Assembly (NCBI GenBank): GCA_965235115.1
Contig: OZ249436.1
Span: 21,454,001-21,518,000 of the forward strand
Origin: Laetmonice hystrix
Lineage: Eukaryota
Reading direction: 5' to 3'
Length of the DNA: 64,000 bases
Notes under the pieces: model-generated
Told to the model about the DNA's origin: nothing
Databases searched by the model: none
Seen by the model: only the letters and a program-made list of their open reading frames with translations
Shown: positions 1 to 14,642 of the stretch, piece after piece
Position numbering within the stretch: the first letter of the stretch is position 1
How the letters are laid out: every line of letters starts with the position of its first letter
Program-made: the position numbers and the translations under genes

Positions 1-529
1 CTTAAGTCTTATCCTGCTACTCTGGTACGGTAGCACAAAATCTTCAAAGTTAGATAAGGACCTAAACGAGGAGGAGGAGTGCACTGTCCTCACTCGTGTT
101 TTCCACTGTGGCCGCCATTTTCCTCTCGGCAAGTGTTCTCGATTTGACGTCAAAACCTCATTAACATAATTCGCGCGCAATTTGAACCTTTCTGTGTCCA
201 TTTTGCAAAAAAAAGGCTATAACGTGCTTGTGGAAATTTTTTCCCCCCGTGAGCAGCCTGGAATGTATTATGTGCATTAAATAAGACATGTGTATGCCAC
301 TATTCCACATTTTAACACATCAATGACGGTTCCTGTTTAATTAAGACCATACGTACTTGAGATATACGGTATAGCATGTGGCATATACCCGGTACATACT
401 GTTTTTGTTGAAAAAGTACAAAGAAAGACAAAAATGGCATCATTTTAGAATATGAGCCAGTCATTGTCAGAAATTTGTCTCTGTATGTGTTTGATTACTT
501 ACAAGTCATGTTTCCTGTTTTTCTGTCAG

Positions 530-3500
530 GGTTTGCGAGCCAACGTTTTGCGTCAGTTTGAGGAGTCAGTCAGCCAGCGTGCACGTACTAATGTAGATTC
601 CGCAGACAGGAACCGAACGCAGAGCCTCAATGATGAGGCATTGCGCAGGTACACCACCTTACTTTCCGTCACTCTGATTTATTTTTAAACCTGCTGCATG
701 TATGTTTGGCTTGCTCTTTTCTCATATTATTTTGCAAATCCGGGAAAAGGAAGGAGATATTAGTTTTCATAAATTTTTATCTGAGTGGAGTAGTTTCTAA
801 AATTTGAGTCTTTTTTCTGCAAACACCCTGTAGCTACCAGGGCATGTGGGGTAATAATGTACAAATATACATTATAATAATTTGGATAAACAGAAAAAGA
901 GCCTTAAAAGTTAAACTGCAATTTTTCAGGCTGTAGGCTTTGTACAGATATGTTAGCCATCAGTCCCATGCATTCAAGTATGCAGTTTTCTCATTAATAG
1001 CCCTTTAAGTAGCTGGAGAGAGGAGGGAATTAGGGATAACTTCTGCCAAGTATTGTTTTGCGTTTACGCCACATTTAGCAAGTATGCAGTGGATTGGTTC
1101 ATATACTGGGGTAGTATTCCAGTAGTCAGTTTTGGAGGACTTTTTGTTGAACTGAATGGACTTAAAATGAGACATCCACCCATGGTTCCATATTAGACTC
1201 GGGTCTAAGGCAGATTAAGAATTTCAAGACATGATAATTTTCTAGGAACAGCCCAAATTAATGCCAGAATTTGATTAAATTAAAAACCTTGTACCAATAT
1301 TGACCATGTCACACATGACTAGTATAAATGCTTTTGATGTTGCTGTGAGGCAACTGTGATTTTGGCAAAGCGTGTTCTGACATTAACCAAAACATAAACC
1401 ATAATTTTTTTCTTTTATGGTATTCTGAAATTATCCAATACTTGAGTTTAGTGTTATTGATGTGTCATTTCAATGGTATACCCCTGGATTGGTCAAACAG
1501 GGCATCCAACCCCACAGAGTAAGTACAAACCGACATAATCCTTTCACCATGTGAACTGCGTCTCAGTCATTGTGCTCCAAGGTCCTGGTTTTACTGTCTG
1601 TCTCCTTTTCCTCTCCTTCATCGTCAACTTTATCGCTGTAGCCTTTGTTGCACATTATGGTAACCCTGTATATATCCCTAACACTAATTGTGTACTGCAA
1701 TCCTGTCACATCACATATCTGCCGTGCCATTTTACTGCAATCCAGAAGGATCAGGTCCATTTGACATCTTTATCTACTGAAATATTTATGTTGAAAAAGA
1801 AACGGTGTCATCAGTTTAGTGAAAACAAGTGACATGGTTTGTAATACACGACAGACAAGTGATGTTCTATATTTATTATATGACTTCACTGACTGATTAC
1901 ATTTAATGGACAGATTTTCTGTTGTTTTGTTCTTTTTGTGTTTTAGGTTTGACCTATTTGTGTTGAAAATCAATCTGAATTAAAGGCAACTTGTAATCAG
2001 AAATATTCCTTTATTGGATAGCCACACAACAAGCCAATCCTAACACATCATACCATTCCAGTAACAAACTCGAGTCAGACATTGAGGTACATGATACATT
2101 TCGGCCAAAGAACACACATAGCAGCACATTGCTTGTGTAATGAGTTTCAGCCAAAGAACACACACAGCAGCACATTGCTTGTGTAATGAGTTTCCTGCAC
2201 TTTGGTCTAGAGTCTAAACAGTTCTGTTTGTCATGGGTTGAAATACCAGAAAATTCAGTGGAGACACGAAGTCATATAAGATGAATAAATAAGACAGTGT
2301 ATAATGTCAGGAAAATTTTGATGTAAGAAGAGGTAGCTCATCAAGTCAGATTGCGTTCCTACCATTAATATAGGTTTTAACATCAGATATAGGAGTGTTA
2401 GCATTTAATAGTAGATCCGATAAATACATAAGTTTGACTGACAGAACGAAAATAGTACCCCAGTAAATAGAACCGTTAATGGAGTGTCTTAGAGTGTGTC
2501 TCCTGTTGTACATATTTTCATTTCAGATAACATGGGTCAGTAGGGTTAATGTCATGTATGCTAGATCTAATGAGGAGATAGTGCCTAGGTGTTGATGACA
2601 GGGAGAGGTGCCATCAACTTTTTGAGCTTTTGTTATCAAACTCGGTCGGATAGTCAGTCAATGCAGCAGTGACCATCTTTCTTTACCTTAGCTTGTATAC
2701 AGCTAATGACCTTCTCATGCTTTTGTGCTGGTAAGAATTTTTATTCCAATTTAGCACTCCTTATCTTTTTGGGGGGAACTAATTTGGTAATCGAAAGCTC
2801 AAATTACTCGCTCTATGCGATCGACATGAAGTTAGTTACCTTTCCAAATAATTATTTCATTTATTAGACAACTACATAGAAATACCATATAATACTGTAT
2901 TCAGGGCATGGATGCAGCTGTTGGAACTTTAAAATATTTTTTGAACGTTATAGATGTAAATAAACCCGGTATTAAACTCGAATCACAGTCACTGCTTCTG
3001 TTAAGCACCCCTGACATATTATGGTACCCTTACTCTTGCTTAGCTTCATCCTTGGATTCTATTTTAAGAACAGAAGAGGAAGTTTGTGAATTTTCATCTT
3101 CCACATGAAATCAATTGGATCTGATAAAGTTTTGTATTACAATTTGAGTTTTGTATTACAATTAGTCATTGCCTTTCCTGCATAAGTGTGATGATGACGC
3201 ATATCTGCCGGGAATGAGACTGATTGATATCAGCACTGCCTTCTGCCCTTTTGCACTTCATATTAAAACATGATTTATTCATTGCCATGACAAAGTTACA
3301 CCAGATGTACTCTTCTGATTCTCTGTTACATGCTTCCAACAAAAGCTATAAATTTCATATTACATATAAAATCTTCTTAGACTCTACCATAATTGCTTAG
3401 CCAATCCTGTGTTTAGGACCTCAATATTTAGGTACTAGCTCCCATATGCCCCTTTCTAAGATTGACACCTACTGCAAGAAACATGAAATGGAATTCACTT

Positions 3501-6500
3501 TAATGATTGTGGGTATCAAGACAAAATCTAGTATCTAAGATAAGCTTGGCTGAGTTAAAGGCTTCCGATTGGCTGCCTATGAACCAGGTGTCCTTTTCAA
3601 GAATCACTTTTTCCAGATTCAGATGACAGCTATGTTGACAGGTTTAGTTCGTGTTTTTTTTTTCAACACCCTTGATAAATATTGATGCATGGAGATTGCT
3701 TGTTCTCTCTCAAAAGCAAAAACAAAGGTATGATGATGGTTGTCATTGCCTGTGGTGACAAGATGCTTGTTGTCATGGTTACAGGAAGGCTGCTGCAGCT
3801 CGAGCAGCAGCTGTATCCAAGGCGCAAGGTTCAGCCCCAGCAGCTGAGGATGAGACAATGATGCAGTTCCACAAAGAGTTGATGGAGACTTGCATAGACA
3901 TGATGGCACGCTACACCTTCTCTACATGTGCGAGTATCCCAACCAGGTTAGTTCTCAGGTCGTCTGGGTGGAAGTCCGTTTCCAAAATGAAAATATACAT
4001 GTATAAAGATTTACTGTATTGCAAAAGGTATTCAATGCTAATTTACAATATTGGATGAAATGTAGTGAGGAATCACACATGAGTGTGATTTCCCACGAAA
4101 TTTTCCCATTTTTGATGCGAGTTCAATCTGACTGGGGAATAGAATGGAACAAATTGAGCTAGCATATTGCCATATTGATGTTGATTTCACTCCCATGGCC
4201 TGTCGGTACCGTAAATCTGATCACATTTCAGGACTCCTGTAGCTGAGTTCCTCCTCAGTGGAGGACAGAGCCAAAGCTGGTTCCAGGGCCACAAAATCAT
4301 TACCATAACAACGAGTGGCGGTGCTGGGGTTGGCACATCAGGACTCTGTGACAAGTGTCTCATGTTGGCAAGAGCAGCCGCCAAGCAGAAATCTGAAGCA
4401 TCCAAGCTCACATCGGAGCAGTCTTCTCACGAGGCAAGACGCAAACGGCACAAGTCAGCAGCAGTGAAAAGTCACTCAGAAACTGTAACGCTCAAGCCTC
4501 TCAGTCAGGTGAGCTCCTTAAAATATGTGCTGTCATGTGTTTTTCCAGGTGTGTGGATTAATAAGGATCCTTGAATTGAGTGGACGTTCTGTTTACGTTC
4601 CCTTTGTGAAGACTGGATATGACAAACCCTTGCCTCTCAGTTTTGATAAAAATGGGGCAAGATTCATACAGCAGTCCAGAAAGGTGGTGCTGTCGTAGTG
4701 TAGCACTGGGGTGGTTGTATATCAGCCCACAGTTGGGTGTGATAACACCCACAGCTGCACGTAAGCAAAAACAACCAGTTGAAAAATTGTGGACATTATA
4801 AATGTATCGCTTCCAGTGGTATATGTGAAGTTAGGTATGAAGTTTATAAAATTTCAATCCTTTACCTGACAGCTGGCAAGTTCTCTTTTGGAACAGATAC
4901 AAGAGAGATTGTTGGCCTTAGTACTACACAGTGACATGCCTTTGATTTCTGGCTTTTCTTCTGCAAACTGTGAAGCATATGTATATTTTTTTTAATTCCC
5001 TATGGGACGAGGATACCTGATGGTCTTGACAATTTCTAACAAATATGCACTACATTTCCCCTTACCTGTGTGTGTGAAAATTATCTGGAACTCATAACAT
5101 TCTTTGTTTCCGACCCTCCTAATTTATCATTACCTATTATCATAATACATGCTTCTTTTTACATGTGGCAATAAACATTTAATCAATTTCTCATGAAGGT
5201 GGACATTTGGGAGGAACCTACAGCAGACCTTGATAGTAGCGACCAGACAGAGCAGGAATTTGACGAGATAGTTGGTGACACAACATTAAACAGTGGTGTA
5301 TGTTGCTTGGTCCACTGTGTCTCCAAACTTTCATACATTTATCTCTAACCAATGTTTGTTACTATTTCCTGTGTGTGCGTGTTTACATGCATGAGTTTCA
5401 CCATCAATCCATTCAATCATTGCAAGATGTTGATGACTACTCAATGATTCTCGGTCGATCAAGACCGGGCATGCTGGTGTCAAAGCAGGCTTTCTTACTT
5501 ATAAAGTTCATGTTTATTCTCCAACGGGCATAGCATGAATTAAAGATTTTTATGACAAAGGCTTTGTGGCATATGATGGATGGGCACCATTATCTACAAA
5601 GTCTATGCACTGTAATTGGAGCATTTATTGGCCATGCAGTATTTAGCTGAACATTACGCTTCCCCTGTATTGAAATAGAATTCTGCCTGATTTTGTGACT
5701 CCTAGTAAGACCACATAAGTCTCTCATTGTCCCCGATATTCTTAGCCGTCTGTTTCCATGTCGAAAATGTAGGTACAGAATTCAGCTCGTTTGGACAGTT
5801 TTCCCTATAATATGTTGATAAGATAAAATTGTAAAAACCACAGAAAGCCACGACAAAAACTTTTTTGCACATGTATTTTGTGATCTTGTTCAGTGGAAGC
5901 CTGGGTTGGCCTGCATGTTCTGCCTCGTACCAAAACCTGAATTATAAAGAAACCTTTGGTAGCTGTTGTTTCGACAGGTTGTCTGAACATGAGGGGCATG
6001 TGAACATATCACATACTTTGTGATTGGTCTTGAATCTCCTGACAGGTAGTTTTACAGCTCAATATGATGACAGTTCATATTCAGACCTAATATGGAACAG
6101 TAGATTTCTAGTGGTATTCCGAGTTATCTAATTCATCAGATTTGAATCAGTTCAAGTGAAGCCATAGAGGTACTTTGATTGAAACGTTAAGTGTTCGTGC
6201 CATACTATTGAGAGATTTTGATTATTAATCAGAATGTTCATTTAGTTCTGATAGATCATTTATGAATATAACAAATTTCACTCATACTAGACCATCAGAA
6301 TAGATGGGTTTTTTTTACCAGTTAAGCTTTGTTTTATCATGAAACACTCGTGTAACACTTATGTAACATTATGTCGTTGTCTCAGTCCTTGCCTTAGAAT
6401 CTATTTGTAAATGTACTGTGAAGTTGCATTAGTTATTTCAAACGGTGTATAGGAAGACATAAAAGCTTTATAATGGTCATGTACCTTCTTGTCAGGTTCT

Positions 6501-9500
6501 CTGTGTAGGAAATGGTCCTTACGGCAACACCCTTACCATTTAGAATCCTGTAAAATTCATAGGAATGTGCAGCTTTTAATGTTTGCTTCTCATGATTTGA
6601 TATGAAACCTATATTTAGTGTAGACTAGCCATTGATAATTGAGTACCGTATTTATTATCATTTAAGTGTCACACATGAGCACTTCATGATCTGTCATACA
6701 AATTCCTGTGAAACACATTCTCTGCATCTGTTTGCAAATGCTGGTTTGTGATCAGATATAGGCACTAGGATGCAGTGTATAAAAACTTCAGAGAATTCGT
6801 TTTGTATCACAATACATGTGTTTAAAGTCGTCTGTTGTAGAGATCCGGTTCAGTTTAATGTTGAAGTTAGATCACCTCATCTGAATCACAGGCCAGCATT
6901 CTTGGTGCGACTAAACACGAAAACCGAGCGAATTTACCAAAACTGCAACCAAACTAAGACAGCATCCAAAGCTGACCTTGGCATATATACCGAAAGTGAC
7001 CATATATACCTGACCCTAACCGTAAATGAAACATGCCATTGCCATCTGGAGGTCGGTTTCGGTATACTGTATACCAGGGTAGGTTTCAGTCGGTATTGGT
7101 CGGTTTCGGTTGGCCAGTTTCTATGTTTAGTTGGACCAGTATTCTTTCCTGAATCCAATACTGAAGCACCCTAAATCACCATTTCAAGCCATTTCATTAT
7201 GTCAGGTTTTTCCAGGCAATCAAACTTTGTAACCTAGTAGTCGGGAATACTCAGGATTCGTGTACGTGTATATGGGAGATGTTGTGAAGGCTGTACCTCA
7301 GACTGTCTGGGTCATGACAAGTGACTGCCTTGACATCTATAAAAACAATACCAATATGTGGCTGTCTGCTCCTGTCGCTCTGAGTCTGTGATTCCAACCA
7401 GTGAAATGCAGAGGGATATATGGGAGCGTCTGAAATACACCATTTCTTTATTTGATGTACTCAAACTGGTTTTCTACATCTCAGATCTGCCACACCTCAT
7501 GTTAGGTACAGATTTCTAAATACAAGTACTCCACTTTTAGCCAGTTGGAAAAGAGTTTATGGGCTTTGTTATTATGATAGTTTGCAGAAGGATTATGGTG
7601 TGGGGTGTGTGTGTGTGATGCCGTTGGGGATTATTACGATGTTAGATTGTGGAGAGCTTACAATGGATTATCTCTTCTCTATGCAGGATGACCTCCACCT
7701 TCACCTGCAGGCCGCGCGGGCTAGTCAGAGTGAGGGTAGTCTTGTAATGGCAGGTGACGAGAGCGTGGCGCCGAACCCAGAGGAGGGCATCGAGGACAAG
7801 AGTATCGAAGACAAGATGCAAATGATGGACAGTGTCCTCATGGGTGCGATATTAATCCCTCAGAAGTTGTTTGATTACTAACAATGACAAGTTGAGAATT
7901 TATCGATAAACTGTGATGATGTGTGATTACCTTGTTTGTTGTGTTATCTGCAGACCAACTCTCAGATCATTGTAGGTTTACATTCTGTAAGAGTCACAGA
8001 ATGACTATTTAAAGACTGAAATTTATGTGTGTAAATTGTTATTTTGTGAGACAGAAATTTCGCGGATATTTCATGTAAAATCCCTGCGATATTTGAAAAT
8101 GAAAAATGGGCCAGGTAAAAATTGTATTATTCACCCAAAAAATAAATGCACACAGCCACAGAAGGTTCAAATAAGAATTTCATAACACAGTAATCGTGAG
8201 GAAACATTTGTAATCCTGTCTAGAGTGTATGGCTTTAGGATAACTTGAGGTGACTTTCTGTTTCAGGACTAAAACAGAACCCCAAAGACAAGTCAATCTT
8301 CACGAAACGACAGTGTAACTGCTGGTGTACGTTGTGGGCAGAAATCCACATCCGACAACCCACAGGCAACACGTCATGGATGATGCGTATCCAAAATGAG
8401 CAGGACCTTGCAGAAGTTTTCCCAGAATTCCCGCTAGCAGACATATCTAGTCTTTTCATGAACCCATTGGAAGACACCTACGAGTACATGACGAGAAAAA
8501 AGATTGACAGCATGACGCTGGGGGAAACAGAATACGACAGTCTACTTGAAGAGCATTTTGAGCGGGACATCCCAGATGGTAAGGAAACTGTTTGCCTAAA
8601 AAAAGGAATGCCCAATACAAATTACTTCTTGTTCATGGGTAATATTAGATAAATATCGTAAGTGGACAGTTGATTGCTAAAAGTCTGCCAATGCACAAAA
8701 CGGTCTATTTTTTATCAACATCCCTGAATTAGAAGAGAATTGTGCATTTTGTCATGAAAAGTCTCCTGCTGGTATGTCTCATTACTGTCTGTTGATTAGT
8801 GTGGCCTGTGTTTGCAGGGTGTTACTCAATACAAGAGAGTAGGTACCAATACTTCCATCAGTCATTGTATTACCTCTGTCTTCACTAATAGTAATAGCAA
8901 TACCTTTAAACGATCAACTATATGTATACCCTTATACATAGAAATTTATACTGTTAACAGCAGTTAGTTTTTAGGATAAAATCCGATATTAATGATTACT
9001 TCTGAACTACATCTATGTGAAACGTGAAATCCTATGCCCTTGATATAGACTCGGAATTATAAAAAAAGCTTCATTTTAAATAATATGGGGGTCTTACTTG
9101 TCATACAGAAATTTTACTTCACAGAATGTTGGGCTAGTGTCTTGGCTCCTGCCTGCCTGAAAGCCTCAGTCACCTTCTTACACCTGTAACTTTGTCGGGA
9201 AAAAAAGGGAAGAATATGTAAGAGCCATAAAATTGTGCAGTTGAAGTGGCATACATGTATTAGCCCCGTTAAGTACAAACCTTTAGTGGACATAGTCCCT
9301 ACCACAGATCTTTCAGCTGGCATTATGACAGCAGCCAGTCTACTTTAGTCAAGTTGTGGCGCCACCTATTGGTACATGCGCGAGTGTAGTATCCCCTGGT
9401 GTTGAGTTGGTGAATTATCTTGTAGCCTGGATTGGTGTCCCAGGGGTAGAGTTTAGCTAGATCACTTTGAGATGGGACTCTACGAGAGAAAGATGTATGC

Positions 9501-12500
9501 GGTTTGTAGGGTATGATGATAATTTCCTGACCGCATTACCAAAGAGAAACAAAGAAAAACTTGACAATCTGTATATGCCATTGTATGCATCAATTCCTAA
9601 TTGCTTGGCACCCATTAATTTTGATAGAAATGTAGATACATGTATTTGAATGGTCAGATGTTGGCTGTTGTAGATAATGAATGTATGTAACATTTCTTTT
9701 TGATTAAAATTATTCTGATCGCTGAATGCTGAATGCCAGGGATACACTGTTTACACTGTACTAAATGATGTGTTTATAGTGGCCACTAGTGGCTGTTGTT
9801 TTAGTTATGTAAGGATAACAAACAAATTACATGTGCTGATGAGTACTGGCAGCTAAATAAAACCATTCGCTTATGGTAAATAGATTAATAATAGAAGTTT
9901 GTGTGTGTGTATATATTATCATGCAGAGAAATGTGTGATTGTTTAATTTGGTGTGCTTTTAAAGAAACAATTTGTAATGCTATTTTAACTACCAGACATG
10001 TAATTCCCTGATGAGGTATATCATGCAAAATATAAAAAAAACGTTTAAATGTTTAACATTTTTTGCTGTTTTGCGATATTGTGCATCCCCCCCCCCCCCC
10101 AAAAAAAAAAAAAAAAAAAAAAATAGGAGTCTCCAGTCTCAACAAAACCGTGTTTATCATTTACATTGTTAATGTAGTACAATAAAAAATTGCTTCTTCA
10201 CCCATGACCATTTGTCCAGAATGACTACCAGGTATAAAATAATTGTGCTATTATATGTTAAAATGAATTGAAAAAAACTTGGCAGTGTGGTTGAGGCGTG
10301 TGGTTGACCTTCCCGGTGTGTGTGGGTTTTTCTTTTGTTGTGTTCTGACATCTTATTTTCTCACAGTAGATGGAGTTAGTGAGGATGGAGACGCCACGGG
10401 TGGCACCACTGAGGATGGTCTGGCTACGCAAGGTATGAATGCAATTTGTAACCTGGTATTTGAAAGCATGCTTAGAAATGAGAAATCTTCCAATTAAATC
10501 CTCTGAAGACTACATCAGAGACTTGGAACCAGTGTTGATCTATCAGTAAGGATATGGCAGTCCTGCATGTAGGTCTACATATTATAAAATGTTCATATCA
10601 TCTCTTTTTTTAAACACCAGCACTGCTTGTAAGTTGGCATCCGGGATTTCTTTAAAAGACATATTCATTGTAGTAAATTTTGCCCCCTAGATGTTGCTCC
10701 CGGTGCTGCTGGATCGGCTGAATCAACCAAATTGGTAAGTGTCCAAATCCTGTTAAAGTCCTCATTCTGTCCCATTCTGGAATAAACCTGTAGATGTGAT
10801 TTTGTTGACTGATGAATTACATATGTACTAATGAAATCATCTACTAATGACTATTCAGATGAATGACAATGGAGAAACACAGAATGCCGAAGTCATGATA
10901 AGGAAATCCAACTCATCACCCGAACTTCTGGTTGGCCACCAGCGGTCTCTGTCAACTAGTTGTATTGGAGAGTCAGACACTCAGGTTGGACCCGTGAAAA
11001 CCGTCACCTTCCAGAATGGTGGACCAAGCAAGTTTGAGTCTGATGTGTTGAAACCTGAATCACCAGTCAGGAAATCAGCATCCAACTCAGGCCCATCAAC
11101 GCCTGAACAAACGGAAGATGAGGTGGACGTGGCACCACAGCGGGCACGTAGTCGGACAACAGTGCTGCCACCTACCAGAAAACTCAGCCGGAATGAGCCA
11201 GTGCAGCGTCTCCCGTCTGTTGAGAAGCCGTCAGTTTCCACGGACAATGTGCAATCCCATGGCGGCATTAGTCCAAGTTTTCTCTTCCTTCAGTTGTATC
11301 ACTCCCAACTTCTGGGAATGGGAGCTGAGCGACCCTTGTTATTGCCTAACAACAGCCCAGTATGTAGCAATTTTTTGCAATATTTCTGATTATTATAAAT
11401 GCCAAAATTTGTTTTTTCAAATTTACATCTAACTATATCTCTAGATTTTGCTATGGAACTACATGTTTATGTCATAGTCAAGCTGAGAAACTCTCGAGAC
11501 TCGGGATACGTGTATGCCCAGAGGAAATTGAAATTGTGATTCTGACTGCCTAAGAGCATATTTAATTCCTGAGTTGTGTATTGTCAGAGTGGTTTAGAAT
11601 TTTCTTTGGTTCCTGCGGTTTGTGTACCGAATAACCTCCCTACCTGTTGATTTGTGTGCTCGTCAGGTTGTTGAGCGGGCTGTGAAGATGCTTGATTTGA
11701 TGTACCCCTACGAAACCCACAAACTTGGGGTTCTGTATGTGGGGCCAGGCCAGGTATGTTTACATTTACATTATACTGATTTTTGAGGCTTTTAAAACCA
11801 GCCATTCCTGAATAAAAGAAAAAAGTTTGAGTCAGACATTGTAAGTGCATTTTTAGTTTTAGGCCACTCTTGCAAACTTTTTACACATCAGTCTAATGGA
11901 ATCATTTGTAACGGAATTTTCTAGAATGTTTACCTTTTGTTTATTTATAAAAATCTTAGCGAAAGGAAACAAAACTTCATAAAAATTGCATTAGTTGCAT
12001 GATATTAATAGTTGATGGACACAATTTTCAGGAGTCAGACGAGCAAGGCATCTTGGCCAATGAGTTTGGATCCAGTCGCTATGCCGAATTCCTTCAAGGT
12101 CTGGGCCCACTCATGAAACTTGCTAACTGCAGTCCTGAGTCAACCTATGTCGGTGGTTTGGACCTACATGGCCAAGATGGACAGTTTGCCTATGGTTGGC
12201 ACGACGATTTCATACAAGGTAGGCTCAAAGTATTGAGGCTGTAAAAATAGACTTACCGGGCAATTTTATTTGTTTTTTTTAATGTCTGATGATCACTGCC
12301 CCAGAAAGGTATTCCTTTTATATTCTGAAGCTGTACATTGTGGATCGTGTTTTCCGCACATACTTAAAAAAAAATCTCTCTTCAGTTATCTTCCACGTGG
12401 CCACATTGATGCCAAACAAGGAGTCTGATCCCAACTGTAATGCAAAGAAGTTACACATCGGCAACGATTATGTGACGATTGTTTACAATGAGAGTGGAGC

Positions 12501-14260
12501 TGACTACAAGATGGGGACAATCAAGGTAACTTTCTCTAAGTACCTCACTCAGCATGTTCATAGATTAGTATGCCAAGACGAAAACAGGAGTCCCGAATGG
12601 AGAAATCACAGTAACCTAGGGTGACAGGAACCGTTTCACATTCTTAGACTGGTATAGCAAAAACAAAAAAATGATAGTCAGTTTAGGTATGATAAGGATG
12701 TTTAGGATTTCCGGAAAATGACTGTGTCAAAAATATTCATACTCAAATTTTGTATGAATAAAATAATGAGATTTAATTTGGCCTGTTTTTACCTGATTTC
12801 AGGGTCAGTTCAATTATGTGAATGTGATCGTTCAGCCTCTTGACCATGGAAGTAATGCAGTGATTGTACAAACAAGAGATGGTAAGTATTTAGGTAGAAA
12901 TATTAGTCGTCTTTTCAGTCTTTTAAGGAAAAAATTAGAAGTCCTCAAGAGAAGTATTTATTTGACTTTGTCTATAACTGAGCAGCACTTGGCACACAGA
13001 TCCCTGCCAATGTGACCTGTATAGTAACTACCGGTAGATAAAGTACACCAAGCTGGATAATAAGTGGAGTGGACAATTCACAGTAGAAGACCACTCTTCT
13101 CTCTGGGGGATTACTTTGAACTCTCACTAAATATGTGGATAAAATATAATGTGTGATGAAAGAGTGCAGCCCCAATAATACCGTCACATTTTCCAATTGA
13201 CTCCATCACACGTGTACATAGACTCAGCAGACATGCAGCTATTGGGATATTGTTCATGTCACTCATGTACAGTGTTACTGATTTATATCAGTGTGAACTT
13301 TGCACTGGTTAAACATGTCCGTGATGTGTAGACTAAAAACGTACAGATATGTAGGTCAGTGGCGTGGAATACAATCCCCACGGTTCAGTAGTCTGCCAGC
13401 TTCTAAAGTGAATGTTAGAACTCTGTATGGTTTTGGAAACATTATCAAGATTTTTTTTTTTAAACTTGAGTGCACATGAAATGTTACTTGCAACATGGCA
13501 CCAGTCAGCCTCAAGTCCTGATAGGTCTGTTTTACATTGTGTCACAAAAATATGCAACTTGTGACACAGGCCTTTCAACCTGGAGCTTGGCCAGTTTTCC
13601 ATCAGTTACGTTGTCCATGGAAATAAATCAACCATACTTATTTTTCTGCAGACTTTAGGAAGTTGAAATAGTTGTTATTCATTTTTGCAGGCCATTTCAT
13701 TGTACCAAGGGTATATTGACTTTATTTGTGATGCACATGTGTGCCAGTGTGGATTACACCTGGTCAGCTGGTGTTTTGTTTCATTAGTCATTTGTTGTTT
13801 ACAGATACCGTTGACATTATCGGTCACACAGACACTAAAATCATCTCGGATGTTTATCTGTCCAAGCTGGTACGGCAGATGGCTGTACATGCCAATGTGA
13901 GTATGACCAGGAAAAAAACTTCATTAATTACAAAAAAATCCACTAGATGCTTTATACAAAGTTTAAATTGTAACCTTAAACTATTTTGCGTGAGTGAGTG
14001 AGTTAAAACATTGAAAAATGAAATAGCTGCTAAAACTCAACTTGTTGAAATAATTTATTACCGTGGATGATTCTTCCCAACAGCTGGCATCTATGATCCT
14101 GCAGCGACAGAAAACGAACCCCAAAGATCCGTTCGCTTCAAACTGGCTGGAACGGCTGAGGAAGATCAAACATGTGAAGGCAAAGGCCTTAGCTCAGGCA
14201 AACAGTGATGGTGAAAAACAGGCCAGCATGATGGCTGAGGATTTCTCTGACTTTGTCTAG
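530..14260 (+). CDS. TSC2: Tuberin (TSC2), 3' portion, multi-exon; 5' exons lie outside the window
   Basis: Phase-consistent AG/GT exons: 530-648, 3785-3946, 4232-4508, 7687-7843, 8267-8578, 10367-10432, 10691-10734, 10859-11359, 11667-11753, 12032-12218, 12386-12525, 12803-12881, 13805-13896, 14084-14260 (TAG). Tuberin motifs: GLRANVL, ELMETCIDMMARY, TPVAEFLLSGG, WAEIHIRQPTGNTSW, GISPSFLFLQLYHS, THKLGVLYVGPGQ, IFHVATLMP, KKLHIGND (GAP Asn thumb), C-terminal EDFSDFV*. Confidence 0.96.
1501..1518 (+). CDS. TSC2: Candidate 18-nt TSC2 micro-exon
   Basis: caaacag|GGCATCCAACCCCACAGA|gtaagt; phase 2-2, frame-preserving (R-ASNPT-E); consensus donor, weak pyrimidine tract. Confidence 0.4.
2104..2194. 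repeat. 46-bp tandem duplication (2 copies)
   Basis: gccaaagaacacacaYagcagcacattgcttgtgtaatgagtttc occurs twice adjacently. Confidence 0.9.
5199..5297 (+). CDS. TSC2: Candidate 99-nt TSC2 cassette exon (acidic)
   Basis: aag|GTGGAC...AGTGGT|gtatgt; phase 0-0 matches flanking exons; open frame VDIWEEPTADLDSSDQTEQEFDEIVGDTTLNSG. Confidence 0.55.
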
Positions 14261-14642
14261 TACAGTCACTGCCTTGGAGGCGTGGGGAAGGCTCTGTTGG
14301 ATTGATACAACCAAGGACTTTTTGTAATATTTCACATGAAATATGGGAGAAGCACTGATACGTTGGAAAAAAGACACATTTTGAAAGGTTGAAGAGTGTG
14401 TTGAATTTGTCGTACACTGTCGATAACAGTGTTGCCTTAGAAAAACAAACATGACCTATGTTAAAGATGTAAAATTTGACTGGGCAATGCGAGTGCATGA
14501 TTGAGGGAGGATGTGAGAATGTATGCTGGAGCACAAAGATTGAGTTTGCCTTGGTATCCTAGGTCATTTGTTTTGTGTAGAGACCTTGGAGACTATGACA
14601 CATTTGTGTGTCCCTAATGGAAGGGTTGGGGGGGAGGGGGGT

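Noticed and set aside
3188..3320. Possible intronic C/D snoRNA (ATGATGA ... CTGA)
   Set aside because: No terminal stem or recognisable rRNA-complementary guide.
6766..7173. 134-aa ORF in a TSC2 intron
   Set aside because: No protein features; AAACCG/CGGTTT repeats suggest a decayed MITE, with termini too degenerate to call.
8818..8842. Additional TSC2 micro-exon
   Set aside because: Two competing weak donors, only one frame-preserving; insufficient support.
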